Assembly: GCA_977017575.1 (NCBI GenBank)
Contig: CDRNVI010000065.1
Coordinates: 62,001 to 126,000, forward strand
DNA length: 64,000 nucleotides
Source: Paramoeba atlantica
Taxonomy: Eukaryota; Protista; Discosea
Reading direction: 5' to 3'
Shown here piece by piece: positions 10,876 through 21,573 of this stretch (position 1 is its first letter; every line of letters starts with the position of its first letter). The notes under the pieces are model-generated. The model did not search any database and had not been told where the DNA came from. It saw only the letters and a program-made list of their open reading frames with translations. The position numbers were made by a program, and so were the translations under genes.

Positions 10876-11505
10876 CTATTGCATAGCTTCCAATTTTTCC
10901 TTGTGAGAGACATACTCCATACTTACGGGAACTGGACTTAGAATGTTTCTTACTTGTTCCCCAATCGCTCCCACCACATCCGGACCTGCTGCTCCGGAAA
11001 CCCACAACGCCAAACGCGTTCCGTGTCGTTTCCTGGTCAACACGACCCCACAGACCGCATCCACAACATCCGGGTACACCCCCTCCAAAGGATCATAGAA
11101 ATACTCCCCAATCAGGCTTAACGTCAGGCTTTCCCACACAGCGTTCAGGCTCGCCATGTCCTCGTGGTCGTGTAGCACCACGATCCACTGCCCCCCTAGG
11201 CGGTTGGTGGGGTCCTCCCACGCCGGGGCGATTCCTTTTTTAAACAAACAGTACTTGGCACCAAACACCAGAGCACTGGGGCGCTTGATGTGGTTAGCCG
11301 TACTCCAGTACTTCTCTACAGTGTTAATGTCCGAGATCTGTACCAGTGACTTCTCCCAGGGAACGGCTTCCTGGGATTCGGTGTCACGTAGGGAGCGATC
11401 GGCGTACCACAGCACCCAGGAACGCCCGAGGGGGTGTTCGGACGGGGGAAGTGCTTTCTCGGTCTCGTGAAGGCTTGTAGAGAGGACTGCAGCGTTAGGA
11501 TTCAT
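10876..11505 (-). CDS. EIF4E: Cap-binding translation initiation factor eIF4E
   Basis: HPLGRSWVLWY, TVEKYW, YCLFKKGIAPAWEDPTNRLGGQW, WESLTLSLIGE, VCGVV and RLALW form the full eIF4E aromatic pattern. Start moved to ATG 11505. Confidence 0.92.
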   Translation of the reverse strand: MNPNAAVLSTSLHETEKALPPSEHPLGRSWVLWYADRSLRDTESQEAVPWEKSLVQISDINTVEKYWSTANHIKRPSALVFGAKYCLFKKGIAPAWEDPTNRLGGQWIVVLHDHEDMASLNAVWESLTLSLIGEYFYDPLEGVYPDVVDAVCGVVLTRKRHGTRLALWVSGAAGPDVVGAIGEQVRNILSPVPVSMEYVSHKEKLEAMQ

Positions 11506-12325
11506 TTGGGGGGAGATAATTGCTGTGAAAGAAGGGGAAGATGTAAAAGAGAGACCGAAAAGAGAAAATATGACATTTATGTGTTTTGTGATTTGCAGGG
11601 AGCATGTTTGCAAAAATGAAATAAAAACCAACTTGGTGAAATCTCACTTTTTTTCCAGGATTTGTTTTCAAGAAAAAGAAATAATTCTAATGAAATCGTC
11701 AGTTTTTTATGAGAAATACATTAGCGGACGCCCACCTTTCTCTCCAAAAAGTAACTGATTTATTGGTCTGCGATTTATGCCCGGATTGAAAGAATAATGT
11801 ACAAAATTTTAAATTCAGTTTTCAGAATTTTTAAGACGACGATATTTTCCCTCCGATCATTATCTAACAGGAAAAATGCTTCTTACTGCATGGGCATTTG
11901 ACGTCTAAGGTGGCCAACTTTAAGCATGCTGCAATATTTTTAAGGAGGAAGTGAGGTAAAGTGTGTAAAGTTAAGAAAGAATTTAAGTGCATTCATATCA
12001 TTATTTTGAAAGTGGGTGCAATATAGGTGGTCTGTACCCAAAAATCCCAATCCTGCACGGGTATCTCCCTCGTCCACTTTATCTTGGGCTGCATGGTCAT
12101 CGAAAACATGTTTTCTACACCTTCTTCAAATTTGGCCCGCGGCACAGTTCTATAGCATGCGTTCTGAGATGGACCAACTACGACGGATAATCAACATGTA
12201 ATACGAACGACACTTACACAAATCAGTGCAACGGCGTACTACTGTGGCGAGCCAGTGGTTTCAAATGGCTATCGAAAGCGAGCTTGCGACATAAAAGCCA
12301 TCCCTTGTCTTGATTTGCAGCGTCA

Positions 12326-12601
12326 GTGATGACACAAACGCCTCTTCCTGCCCGGGCCGCCCTTGGTCTTTGGGGCATATCGCCCCACGTGAGCGATATT
12401 CATCCCATGTGCAGCGAGGCCACTCAAACTCCTCGGCATATTTTAGCGGGCTGCAAAGTATCCCTGGAGCAGGGTCGGTACACCTACCGACATGATTTAA
12501 TTTTACTCGCTCTCGCTGACGCAGTGGCTGACTCACTGTCCACCGCTGCTCTGCACTTCGACAGAAAACCGCCTGCCCGCTCTCGCAAGATACTGAATTG
12601 A
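12326..12601 (+). mobile_element. Relic of an RLE-type non-LTR retrotransposon (HERO/R2-like CCHC region)
   Basis: LPARAALGLWG...PMCSEATQTPRHILAGCKVSLEQGRYTYRHDLIL matches the C-terminal knuckle pattern CxxC...T..HIL..C..L..GRY.WRHD.VL; the first Cys is lost, stops flank it and no RT is seen. Confidence 0.65.
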
Positions 12602-14898
12602 GACCAGAAGGGCGGGTTCGACCGCACAACGGCACCGAATTCATACTGTCCCCCCACCTAATTGTCATAGTCAAACCCAGGTGATTTCAGCCCTCGTTGT
12701 CCTTTTGACGAGACTGGGCAGGAGGCGCCGGAATTTTTTTAGGGGAGGGCACCCGCACATTTATAATGCATATTAAGCTGCACATTGCTAATGCATACAG
12801 GGGGGACATTTGTCTGTGTAATACTAATCTGGAGAACATTAACCTGTGTAATATTAATCTGTGTTAACTCGAAAATATTTGCCCAGACAGAAATCTGTGT
12901 TAAAAAAAAGAAAAAGCGCCGCAGGCAAAAAAAAAATTGAAATATGTATTTTCCTCTGAAATTTCCTCTTTTCTTTTCGATACATGGACGCGTTCACTCT
13001 TACCCCCATGGAAGCTCTATATTATTAAAGTTAACACAGATCGTGTTATTTTTAATTCAGATCACCCACTCTTGGACAAAGGGGTTTTACAAACGCATTC
13101 AAAATTCCTCTTTTACCGCAACGATTTCGACAAATTGTTCCATTTCTTTTACTGAAGACCTCCGAAGGCCCCCGACGTGCGGACACCCACCCCCTACGAC
13201 ATACATACGCCTCCTGTGGAGGCTCCCGAACTAAATCTCTCTTACTGGGGGATCTCTTACTGAGGGGTATAAGGTAGTAGGAAAATCGTTGTGACATTTC
13301 TCGCCATCTTCGAAATAGCATGCAAGATCACTTTAGATGTCAGAGTACACTTCTACACCGATATCACCTGAGTTATCACTTAATTCCTTTATGGCCGCAA
13401 CCTTCAAGGTGTCCATTAGTTGCTACTAATGTACATTTAGAAATTCCATCATAAGAAATTTTGAGGTAATTAATTATTTGCCAATAGTGGGTGATTGCCA
13501 ATAGTGGGTGTACCCCCCCTTTACTAAAATAGAGATTCTTGGAAATGTATGCCTGAATTATACTTCCTATCCTTTATTGCCATTATATCCACTCATGAGT
13601 GAACTCGGGTGCGGGGCTTGCAACATAAAAAATGAAAATTGAAGAAAATGGTTAAATGTTCCACAAAAGTCCTTTACTTATGCATGTCCTTGACTTCCAC
13701 CCGGGGACTCTACGTCCAATTTCTGTGCGGAAGTATAGGTACGTAATATCTGGAGATGAGACATCCGTCAAAGTTGATTATGAAGCACATGTCAAATCTC
13801 TGGCCCCCAAAGGCGTTCAAAATAAACCACGTTCCAGGATATTATACCTAGTAGGTATACTAAGTGCGTACGGTATACTAAATTTTGTCTAGAAAGCTAA
13901 AAAGAATTTTCGCGCAGCTTCGCGGCGCGTTCCTTATCTGTATTTGCTAGAAAAATGGTGTCTTGACCTTAAAATGCGATTTCTTACCGTGTGATTGCTA
14001 GAAAAGTTGCTCTGTCGCTTCTATATAAAAAAGGGACATCTCTCGCTCCTGTTGCTGGCGGGGGGGGTAGGTATGCTAAGTGGGCATGGGCATACTATCC
14101 TGGAATGTGGTTTATAAGTTGTGCAGTAGCTAACGAAAAGGAAACTGTAACAATATTTTTGGCAGGCCTATACGACATGGATCATCGCTACCTCCGACTA
14201 TTATTTTTGCTTCATTAGCTAATCGCGCTGAAAAGTTTAGCGTTCTGAAAGATGTAACTAGAATAGCTAATAGCATTTACGACTCTGCTTACGTCGAATT
14301 TTACAGCTACGTGCTTCACAAACTGCCGGGGTCTTGGTGAAAGTGCTCCCGCAAGAGCGCCAACGAGCAGTGTTCGCAGCTGCACTTCTCGACCCGCCCA
14401 AGGAAATGAAACAGAAAACGGCGCGAGAAGGAGAGAAAGGAGGGCAACTTACCCTATGGACGGAGAATGAGCACCGCCCTGCGCTTGGGGGTGAACTTTG
14501 GGAGGCGGTGCAGGAGAAACCTTTGCAGGAATTTGCTGATGACCTGTTCAAAAAACGATTCGGTAAATGTTTTTTGAGTTTGTATTTTTTGGTGAAATTT
14601 GACTTTTAAAAGTGAAAAATCTATGGCACTCTTCTCTAAAAGGTGATTGCCAACATCAGACCTCATGAAAAGTTCAAAACTTGACAAAAAATAAACAAAT
14701 GCTTCTCGCCAAAAATTGACAACTTTCAATTAATAAAACAATTATTTTAGTACCATGAATTTTAGCGATAATAATTTTTGGCTTGGGTGTATTCGTAGTC
14801 GTATAGCGATCACCATCAAGCGAATAGACCGGCCTACACAAAACCCTAACATGTGATTTAAGCCACGTTCGGAAATCCCCGCAGAGAAAGTACATATA

Positions 14899-16524
14899 CA
14901 GGGATGAAAACTTCCATCTGGGGGGGGTCTAAAATTCGTAAAATTTGCTCAATTTTGTAAAATAATAGCGCATTGGAGAGCTCTCGCAGAGTTGTATGTC
15001 TTTGGCGTATTCGGAACGCTCGACTTGAAAGATTTAATCTGATGATAAAAAAATAATTTTTTTTTCCCCGTGAAAATATGGCAATTTTTTATTTTTTCCC
15101 CATTTTATGCCTCAAAAGCGAGTTCGCTCACGGACTTCCCGTGGTGTTTTGAGCACACGCTCCTATGCCTCACCAGGGAAGATTAAGGAAAGTCACAGGA
15201 TGCTTCTTGTGGCGGACTTTGAGAAAACAGAGGCTTATTCCCGGACTGCCCAAAATTTTGGTGTCCACGAGGGAATTGTGAAACTCTGGGTGGAAAGATT
15301 TAATTGCACTGGCGACGTGGCCAGTCCATCCCCTACGCGTCAACCTAGGGGCACCACCTCTGATCTTATGAAAGTATCTTTAAAGCTTATTGATGACGCT
15401 TATCGTGACCTTCCTTATGGTATCTCCACTTGGAGCGAGCTCTGGAGAGAAGTAAAGCGACGTGGCTTCACATGTTCAATAACATCCCTAAGGAACATGT
15501 TGAAAAACTCAAAAGAAAAAATTGTGCTCAGAACAGCTTTAAAGACCCCTTTCTTATCTAATAATCATAAGGAGCGCAGAGTGCAATTTGCCACTGAAAT
15601 GCTACAGTGGAGCGACGCTGCGCTGGAAAATATTATTTTCTGCGACGAAAAAAATTTACAAAATTTTACAAAAAATTTACAAAAATAAAAATTTTTTACA
15701 AAAAAATTACAAAAAGAATTTACAAAAGATCCACCCGACCCACGTACCTTTGCCGAAAATCTGACCCCCCCAAAGAACGAACAGGGGAATTAGAACCCTA
15801 TCATGGTGGAGAAGGTATTATGGTTTGGATGGGGGTAAGCTTAAATCATGGGTTTCATTTACACGTCTTTCCTACCCATGATTCTCAAGGAAACAAAGTA
15901 ACTGTAAAAGGACAAATTTTTTATGAAGCCATGAAAAAAAGGGGGGGTCTGTTCCAATATTTAAGGAGACATCGGGCCACAATAGTGATGGACAATTGCC
16001 CGGCACATAATAAGGCTCGTGCCGCGGCCCAAGAAAAGGGTTATTCTTGGCTCCGATGGCCAGCACGATCCCCCGATCTAAACCCCATAGAAAATCTTTG
16101 GTCAATAATGGACGGGACAAAGGACCAAATTCAACCCAAAAATCAACAACAATTACTCTCCGCAATTCATGATTCCTATGATAAACTTAAGACAGAACAA
16201 ATATCTAAATTTGTGAATACGCTAAAAAGCTTCAGAAAGCGTTGCAGAATCATTGTAGAAAAGAAAGGTGCACATTGCGGATACTAAAAGGGGTTACTAA
16301 CAAGCTTCTTGGGGGGAAACGTTATTTTTTAACTTTTTTGTATCATTTTTCAAGTGACAATTCGAATTTTTGACCTATTCGGCATTTGTAGTTCCACTTT
16401 GATATAAAAGCTACCAGTACGAAGACGTACAACTCTGCGAGAGCTCTCGAATGCGCTATTATTTTACAAAATTGAAAAGTTTTTACAAATTTTAGACCCC
16501 CCCAGATGGAAGTTTTCACCACTG
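14899..16524 (+). mobile_element. Tc1/IS630-superfamily DNA transposon, 1626 bp, near full length
   Basis: TIRs of about 104 bp (14899-15002 / 16422-16524, roughly 90% identical by hand alignment) start CAG(G/T)G; TA flanks both ends (14897-98, 16525-26); a transposase lies inside. Confidence 0.92.
15107..16287 (+). CDS. Tc1-like transposase split by a -1 frame change at the first catalytic Asp
   Basis: ORF 15107-15688 carries the HTH region, KTPFLSNNHKERRVQFA and IIFCDEK. ORF 15607-16287 carries HGGEGIMVW, MDNCPAH and WPARSPDLNPIENLW. D15644, D15991 and E16090 give DD32E. Confidence 0.85.
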
Positions 16525-16681
16525 TATACAACTAAAGGCGAAAAATAGCGATGGAACGTATATCTTTCGATAGTCATTTTGATAGGAACGAGGGCGTGAG
16601 GGAGGCTAATGTGTCTAAAGTCTTCTGAATCAAAAGTGAATAGAGAGCCTAGCCGGTACCACCTGTTCGAAAGCCTATCTT

Positions 16682-17425
16682 CTATGAATGACGCTGAGGA
16701 GAAAACGCTATCCGTATCGCACACTTCGAAATACTAGGTCTTCTCGTTAAGCAATTTTGTCGCAAATCGATTTCAACCAAAGTAGAAGGCAGGCTCAGTT
16801 GGGAATGATACTCCAATTCACTGAAGAAATTGTAGCTAAGATCGAGATAACGCAATCCTTCTTTCAAAGACCTAAGAGAAATACTTCCACAAAATCGATT
16901 AGAACGGATGCTTAATTCGGTTAAAGAAGAAGGAAGGCTGGACAGATCAATGCGACCGCAAAATAAATTATGATTGAGCTCCAATATTTTCAGTAGGGAT
17001 GAGAAGTGTGAGAGATCAATGCCATTCGAAAATTTATTATGACCGAGAGACAGTCTGGAGAGATTCGGAGGTAACTCAGAGGTGGTTGCAGCACCGGAAA
17101 ACCGATTACCTGTAAGCGCAAGACTCTGAAGGCTGGAAGGAAGAAACGTCCACTGCAGTGTTCCCACCAGATGCTGAAAGCCGCACTGAAGATGTGTCAC
17201 TATCGATTGAGAGTCACACCGTACACCAACCCAGAGACACCCAGCAGTGTGTGTGTTCCACGAAGCGGGACGATTAGTCACATTAACAAAAAATCTGTCC
17301 AGCTTGTATTCTACCGGTAATAAATCGTGGTCTATTTTTCCAGGACGACTAAAAGGTACTTTCTGGCGGGACACAGGTGTTCGATCCGTGTCTTTAGAAT
17401 GATTCCGGGTCAGATGGTCGCACAT
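16682..17425 (-). CDS. Leucine-rich repeat protein with a plant-type LRRNT_2-like cap
   Basis: GCLWVGVRCD cap, then repeats of the form LPxxLxxLxLxxNxFxG. Confidence 0.85.
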   Translation of the reverse strand: MCDHLTRNHSKDTDRTPVSRQKVPFSRPGKIDHDLLPVEYKLDRFFVNVTNRPASWNTHTAGCLWVGVRCDSQSIVTHLQCGFQHLVGTLQWTFLPSSLQSLALTGNRFSGAATTSELPPNLSRLSLGHNKFSNGIDLSHFSSLLKILELNHNLFCGRIDLSSLPSSLTELSIRSNRFCGSISLRSLKEGLRYLDLSYNFFSELEYHSQLSLPSTLVEIDLRQNCLTRRPSISKCAIRIAFSPQRHS

Positions 17426-17611
17426 CAGAAATACAAGTAGGTCACAAAAAAATAATACAGGAACAAATATACTTTATGAGAAACAAGCTAATGCACAGCT
17501 CAAACATTAAAAGAATGCATACATTAGTACGAAAACGTTCTTGAGAAACGCAGTTTATGTTTTTGATTATAGAACCACTTTTGTCACCTAGTTCATTCCT
17601 GTAAACGAATT

Positions 17612-18136
17612 TCAAAGAAACTTTCTCTCGCAACTAAGAAAAGGATCTGCGTCTAGAGGTGCGTCGAAGGAACACTCAGTATGAGGAACAATTAGATTAT
17701 CAAGTAGTTGTTCCCTCCGCACTTGTTCAGGGATCAAACCAGGATAGAAATTCTCATTAGATTCCAATGAATGCGTCGATTCTGTGGGGGCTATTGAATT
17801 CTTTTTTTGGTTAATTTTTGTCCGTATACTTTTCTCTAGATTATCACACCCTTCTCTACCCTTTAAGTTGTGCGATGGTCGAAAATTCTGTATCCATACC
17901 GCGTGTATTACTTGCGCTAAAGTGATGAGAACGAAGAAATTAGCCATTATGAATGGCATAGAATGCTTTCGGATGCGTTGATACAATTCGGACTGTTTTT
18001 CGGTATCAGACAACAATGAATTAACATACGCTCGACTATTGCACATGCGTCGACAAAATGACCTCCATTGCATGCTACGGGGCAAGTTCCCTTCAAGAAA
18101 TTGGCGAAGCATTCGCACGTAATTTGAATTATACAT
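17612..18136 (-). CDS. Hypothetical protein with one predicted TM segment (174 aa)
   Basis: ATG ORF; hydrophobic FIMANFFVLITLAQVIHAVWI. Confidence 0.55.
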   Translation of the reverse strand: MYNSNYVRMLRQFLEGNLPRSMQWRSFCRRMCNSRAYVNSLLSDTEKQSELYQRIRKHSMPFIMANFFVLITLAQVIHAVWIQNFRPSHNLKGREGCDNLEKSIRTKINQKKNSIAPTESTHSLESNENFYPGLIPEQVRREQLLDNLIVPHTECSFDAPLDADPFLSCERKFL

Positions 18137-18256
18137 TTCTCACAATTTCACGAACGCTTAACAGAAAAATATCTATTTAATATTAATTAAGCTTGTTACA
18201 TTTATTCTGCTAAGTGATTTAATATTAGAATACTGGGGTCCCTAAAACTTTATATA

Positions 18257-18372
18257 CTGTACCTCCCCTAGCTATCTGTCACCCCCCCACCCCCCTAGTT
18301 ATCTGTCGCTTTTTGACACTTCGAATATTTTTTTTGGTCGACCCCCCCCACCTAGTTATCTGTCGCTTTTTT
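18257..18372. repeat. Terminus of a TA|CTGTAC-type element with three CCTAG(C/T)TATCTGTC subterminal repeats
   Basis: TA|CTGTACCTCCCCTAGCTATCTGTC at 18255; further copies of the motif near 18294 and 18351. Confidence 0.6.
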
Positions 18373-18492
18373 TCAAAAAAAATTTAAAAAGTCAAGTATA
18401 CCACAAAAGTTAAGTGTATGAGCGAAACTTCTATGTCGTTTTCTGTTTTGTTTTTAGGCAAATGGTTTTGTCTGGCCAATTTTCCTTTTTTA

Positions 18493-18587
18493 GGCTCTTC
18501 GTTAAACGCGGTGGTAGTTTTCAACGCGAAGCGCGCAGCATAAGTGACTTCTAAGTTGAAAATAACCACCGCGTTTAACGAAGAGCC
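18493..18587. mobile_element. 95-bp hairpin MITE, copy 1
   Basis: GGCTCTTCGTTAAACGCGGTGGTAGTTTTCAAC...GTTGAAAATAACCACCGCGTTTAACGAAGAGCC, flanked by TA; a second copy lies at 53743. Confidence 0.8.
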
Positions 18588-18628
18588 TAAATTATATAGT
18601 TTATAGTATTTCAAAAAAAATTATAGTA

Positions 18629-18961
18629 CTGTACCCCCCCGTTTATAATAGCCTCGCTTTTGCCCAAATGAACCTATAAAGGGGGGAGGGCGATTGAAGA
18701 TTAAGAGTTGGCACAGAAATCGCCCTACATTTGGGGGCGAGGAACCAGGAATTATTCAATCGCTAAGTGGGCCCCGGCGCTCTTCCAAAGTAAAATGTCC
18801 AGCACGAACACGCGCCATACCTCGAAGAACCATATGAAAATAAATATCAAAATATTTATGACAGTGCAAGAAAATTTGAAAAAATCTTTCCGAGTTTGCC
18901 AAAAAAAGAACCTATAAAGGGGGGGAGGGGTCGAGGCTATTATAAACAGGGGAGGGTACAG
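18629..18961. mobile_element. 333-bp MITE with CTGTACCC... TIRs
   Basis: Left CTGTACCCCCCCGTTTATAATAGCCTCG, right CGAGGCTATTATAAACAGGGGAGGGTACAG; internal direct repeat GAACCTATAAAGGGGGG near 18670 and 18908. TA is present on the left flank only. Confidence 0.7.
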
Positions 18962-19029
18962 CGCTATAAATGCCATTTATAGTGCTATAAAAACTTTAAA
19001 GTGTTTGAAAAACTTTACTTTTTGATATT

Positions 19030-19344
19030 CTAATAGAATATCAATTTCGATGTGCCCTCTTTGTAATTTAAAGAAAACTGCACGCGTTTTTCTTTTTGTA
19101 CAGCGGTGAGCCCTTGTGAAATTGGGCATGGCCTATACTGATGCCCTGCTTGCCTCAAATCTCGACGAGCAGTTCGAGGGCTTGCAGTAACACCCTTTTT
19201 GCGCGAAACAACAGAAATATGCTTTGAACTGTTGTATTTTGGCACACCTGCCGCATCCTTCTTAGAAATAAGATATTTTATTATTGGGATGTAAGATATT
19301 ATTGGTGGCCAGGAGTTTGTATCGTAGAATATGCCAAATCGCAT
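19030..19344 (-). pseudogene. Tc1-like transposase fragment (DNA-binding region)
   Basis: DAAGVPKYNSS...RTARRDL...CPISQGLTAVQKEKRVQFSLNYK...LIFY* is closely similar to the relic at 57697. Confidence 0.75.
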
Positions 19345-19975
19345 TTATCTCTTCAGAAGTTCTTTAGAAGTTTTTTAAAAAGTTCGCTTTTTAGGGTACA
19401 TTTTCACCATAGTTGACGCCTCCACTCCTTTTTTACAAAAACCTTTCCTTCAGGCGTACCGGACAAGTTACGCATAATTTTTGCGTGTTATTTCCTTTTG
19501 TCCGACTCTATCCCCAGTCTCCCTGAAATTCTCGGATTAAACAGCCCAACAATGACAGCGACGAACTGCACTTGTCTAGCTTTTCTATTTAGCATTTCTT
19601 ACTTTGTCCCATGATTCCCAAAGAAAAATATCAGAGCATGTTTTCATCGTCATTACTTCAGACGCGCACTACACATGCTTATTTCATCATGTAAAGATCC
19701 TGGATCAACTCTAGATATTTCGATGTGCGACGGGTAATGTTTGTCTCACCCAAGTATACTATCTTTTCGTAAGGACATAGTAAGTTTTTTTGTAGCTACT
19801 GGGTGATTCAGTACATTTACAGGTGTCTGATTTACACGAATAAAATGTTTACAGATGAACTTAAAACATTTAATTCCACAATTTGATTTTTTGCGGAGAC
19901 CGCACTGCACATTGCTCCACTATTCATTACTGTTTTTCAATAATCGAGGGCGGAAGCTAGACATCACCTCAACAT

Positions 19976-21486
19976 TGGAACCCATGCAGACCGCCACTGC
20001 GAGCCAGTGCCAAATGCTTCCAGCCACTGCGAGCCAAAAACGTCCTCTGAGAGCCTTTCTCCCTGAAGCCAAACCATCTGGTTACTCGTACATTTAGTCC
20101 TTCATGTCTTGAAGGTACGCTTCAAGGGATCACATGCATACCTCCACTGCACGCCAGTGCCAACTTGTGCCAGCCAGTGCAAGCCACAACGGCCATTATT
20201 CTAGGGGACCCACTCGTACCTTTATCTGGCATAAAAAGTGGCCACTTATATTGCATACTAATCTGCACCTTAATATTGCATAATTCACCTTATATTACAT
20301 AATGCACCTTTACCTTGCATATTAAGCTGCACCTTTTCATTGCATAAATTCTGCACCTTTATCTGGCATAAAAGTTGGAAAAAAATCGAGCCCTTAAATT
20401 TTTTTCGAGTCCTTAGAAAATTTTCGACCCCTTAAAAAAATTCACCCCTTAAAAAGTATGATCATTTTTCGTTGGTTTTCGCGAAATTTGAGGTTGACTG
20501 GAAATTTTAGGTATTTCACATTGCCAAAAAATGGAATTAAATAAATTCACTTTTGCTCCCGGCCGGCCCCTCCGTGCGTTCGGCCGGGCCAATGGACCTA
20601 GATCTTGTTTACCCGTCTGCGACATAAACCGGCTAATAATTTCACCTTTGCTCCCGGTGAGGCCCCAGAGTTGCGTGAAGGCCTCCATACCCCATAGCTA
20701 CCACCTCCATAGTTACCACCTTCCCCCCTATTTAGCGGGGAAATGTAACATTAATCCGCCCCCCGTTTTACATGCCGCACGAAACATTAAGAAGCTACTG
20801 CAGTCAGCAATTGCTTTATGAAATAACTTAGGGAACGTTTGCGAAACTTGAAGAGGGGTTGTCACTCAGATTCGTCCTGTGCAACAATCTGGCTGAAGGT
20901 AATTATATGAAGGAAATTGTATGAAGGTAATTGGGTGCGGAATAACAATATTGTAAATACTAAGAGAGAATACATTAGTAAGGATAGTTTGCTTAATCTG
21001 AACCTAAATTCTGTGCCAGCCAGTGCCAACTTATGCCAGCCAGTGCCAACTTGTGCCAGCGAGTGCAAGCCACACTTGCATGGGCTCCATTGCTCTCGAT
21101 AGTCATAAACATTTAGGAGAAAAGTTTACGGGAAAAGAAGAATTATGTTACTATGTACTATGTTAGTAAAAAGGAAGAAATTGATTCAGAGAAAGAAACA
21201 AAGGAAAATATAGCTAGAAGCGTATACCGAATCGGAAATTCCACATAAAAATGATAAACAAATGTAAACTTTTGCCAGTTTTTGTATCTCTTCCCACCGA
21301 AAATACAAACCGTGGTCTCGGTCGAAGTACCCGCAGCCCCTCAACTACCGCGTTTAACCAATACCCTAAAAAAGAAAGTTAATTTCTATACGTCATTTTT
21401 CTCAATTTTGTGTCATACGCTGCCATTTACTGCCGTTCGCTGTCAAATGTTGCCAGCCACTGCGAGCCAAGACTGCATGGGTTCCA
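19976..21486. mobile_element. 1.5-kb non-coding element with 14-bp perfect TIRs and subterminal GCCAGTGCCAA-type repeats
   Basis: TGGAACCCATGCAG at 19976-19989 and its exact reverse complement at 21473-21486; an internal 12/14 right end at 21076-21089; repeat clusters near 19993, 20144, 21012 and 21428. Confidence 0.6.
20219..20455. repeat. Two degenerate minisatellites (about 19-20-bp units)
   Basis: CACCTTATATTGCATA-like units are bounded by CCTTTATCTGGCATAAAA direct repeats (about 20219 and 20357), followed by four TCGACCCCTTAAAAAATT-like units (about 20386-20455). Confidence 0.65.
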
Positions 21487-21573
21487 TTATTACACAAGAA
21501 AAAAGCCCATGATATCGTTTCCTTAGAAAAAATGTCAGCAAAACGTTCTACATTACTCGTCAGAGGCGATAAA

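Noticed and set aside
13911-13951. GC hairpin followed by CTAG, resembling a Helitron 3' end
   Set aside because: CTAG is followed by A rather than T, and no 5' TC end or Rep/helicase remnant was found.
13052-14895. Cluster of 60-95-aa ORFs on both strands
   Set aside because: Mostly non-ATG starts, mutually overlapping, no motifs; probably decayed repeat DNA.
19680-19745. Minus-strand peptide SRVDPGSLHD resembling a Harbinger-type PGSxHD motif
   Set aside because: The frame is closed by stops on both sides and has no other DDE_Tnp_4 motifs; likely chance.
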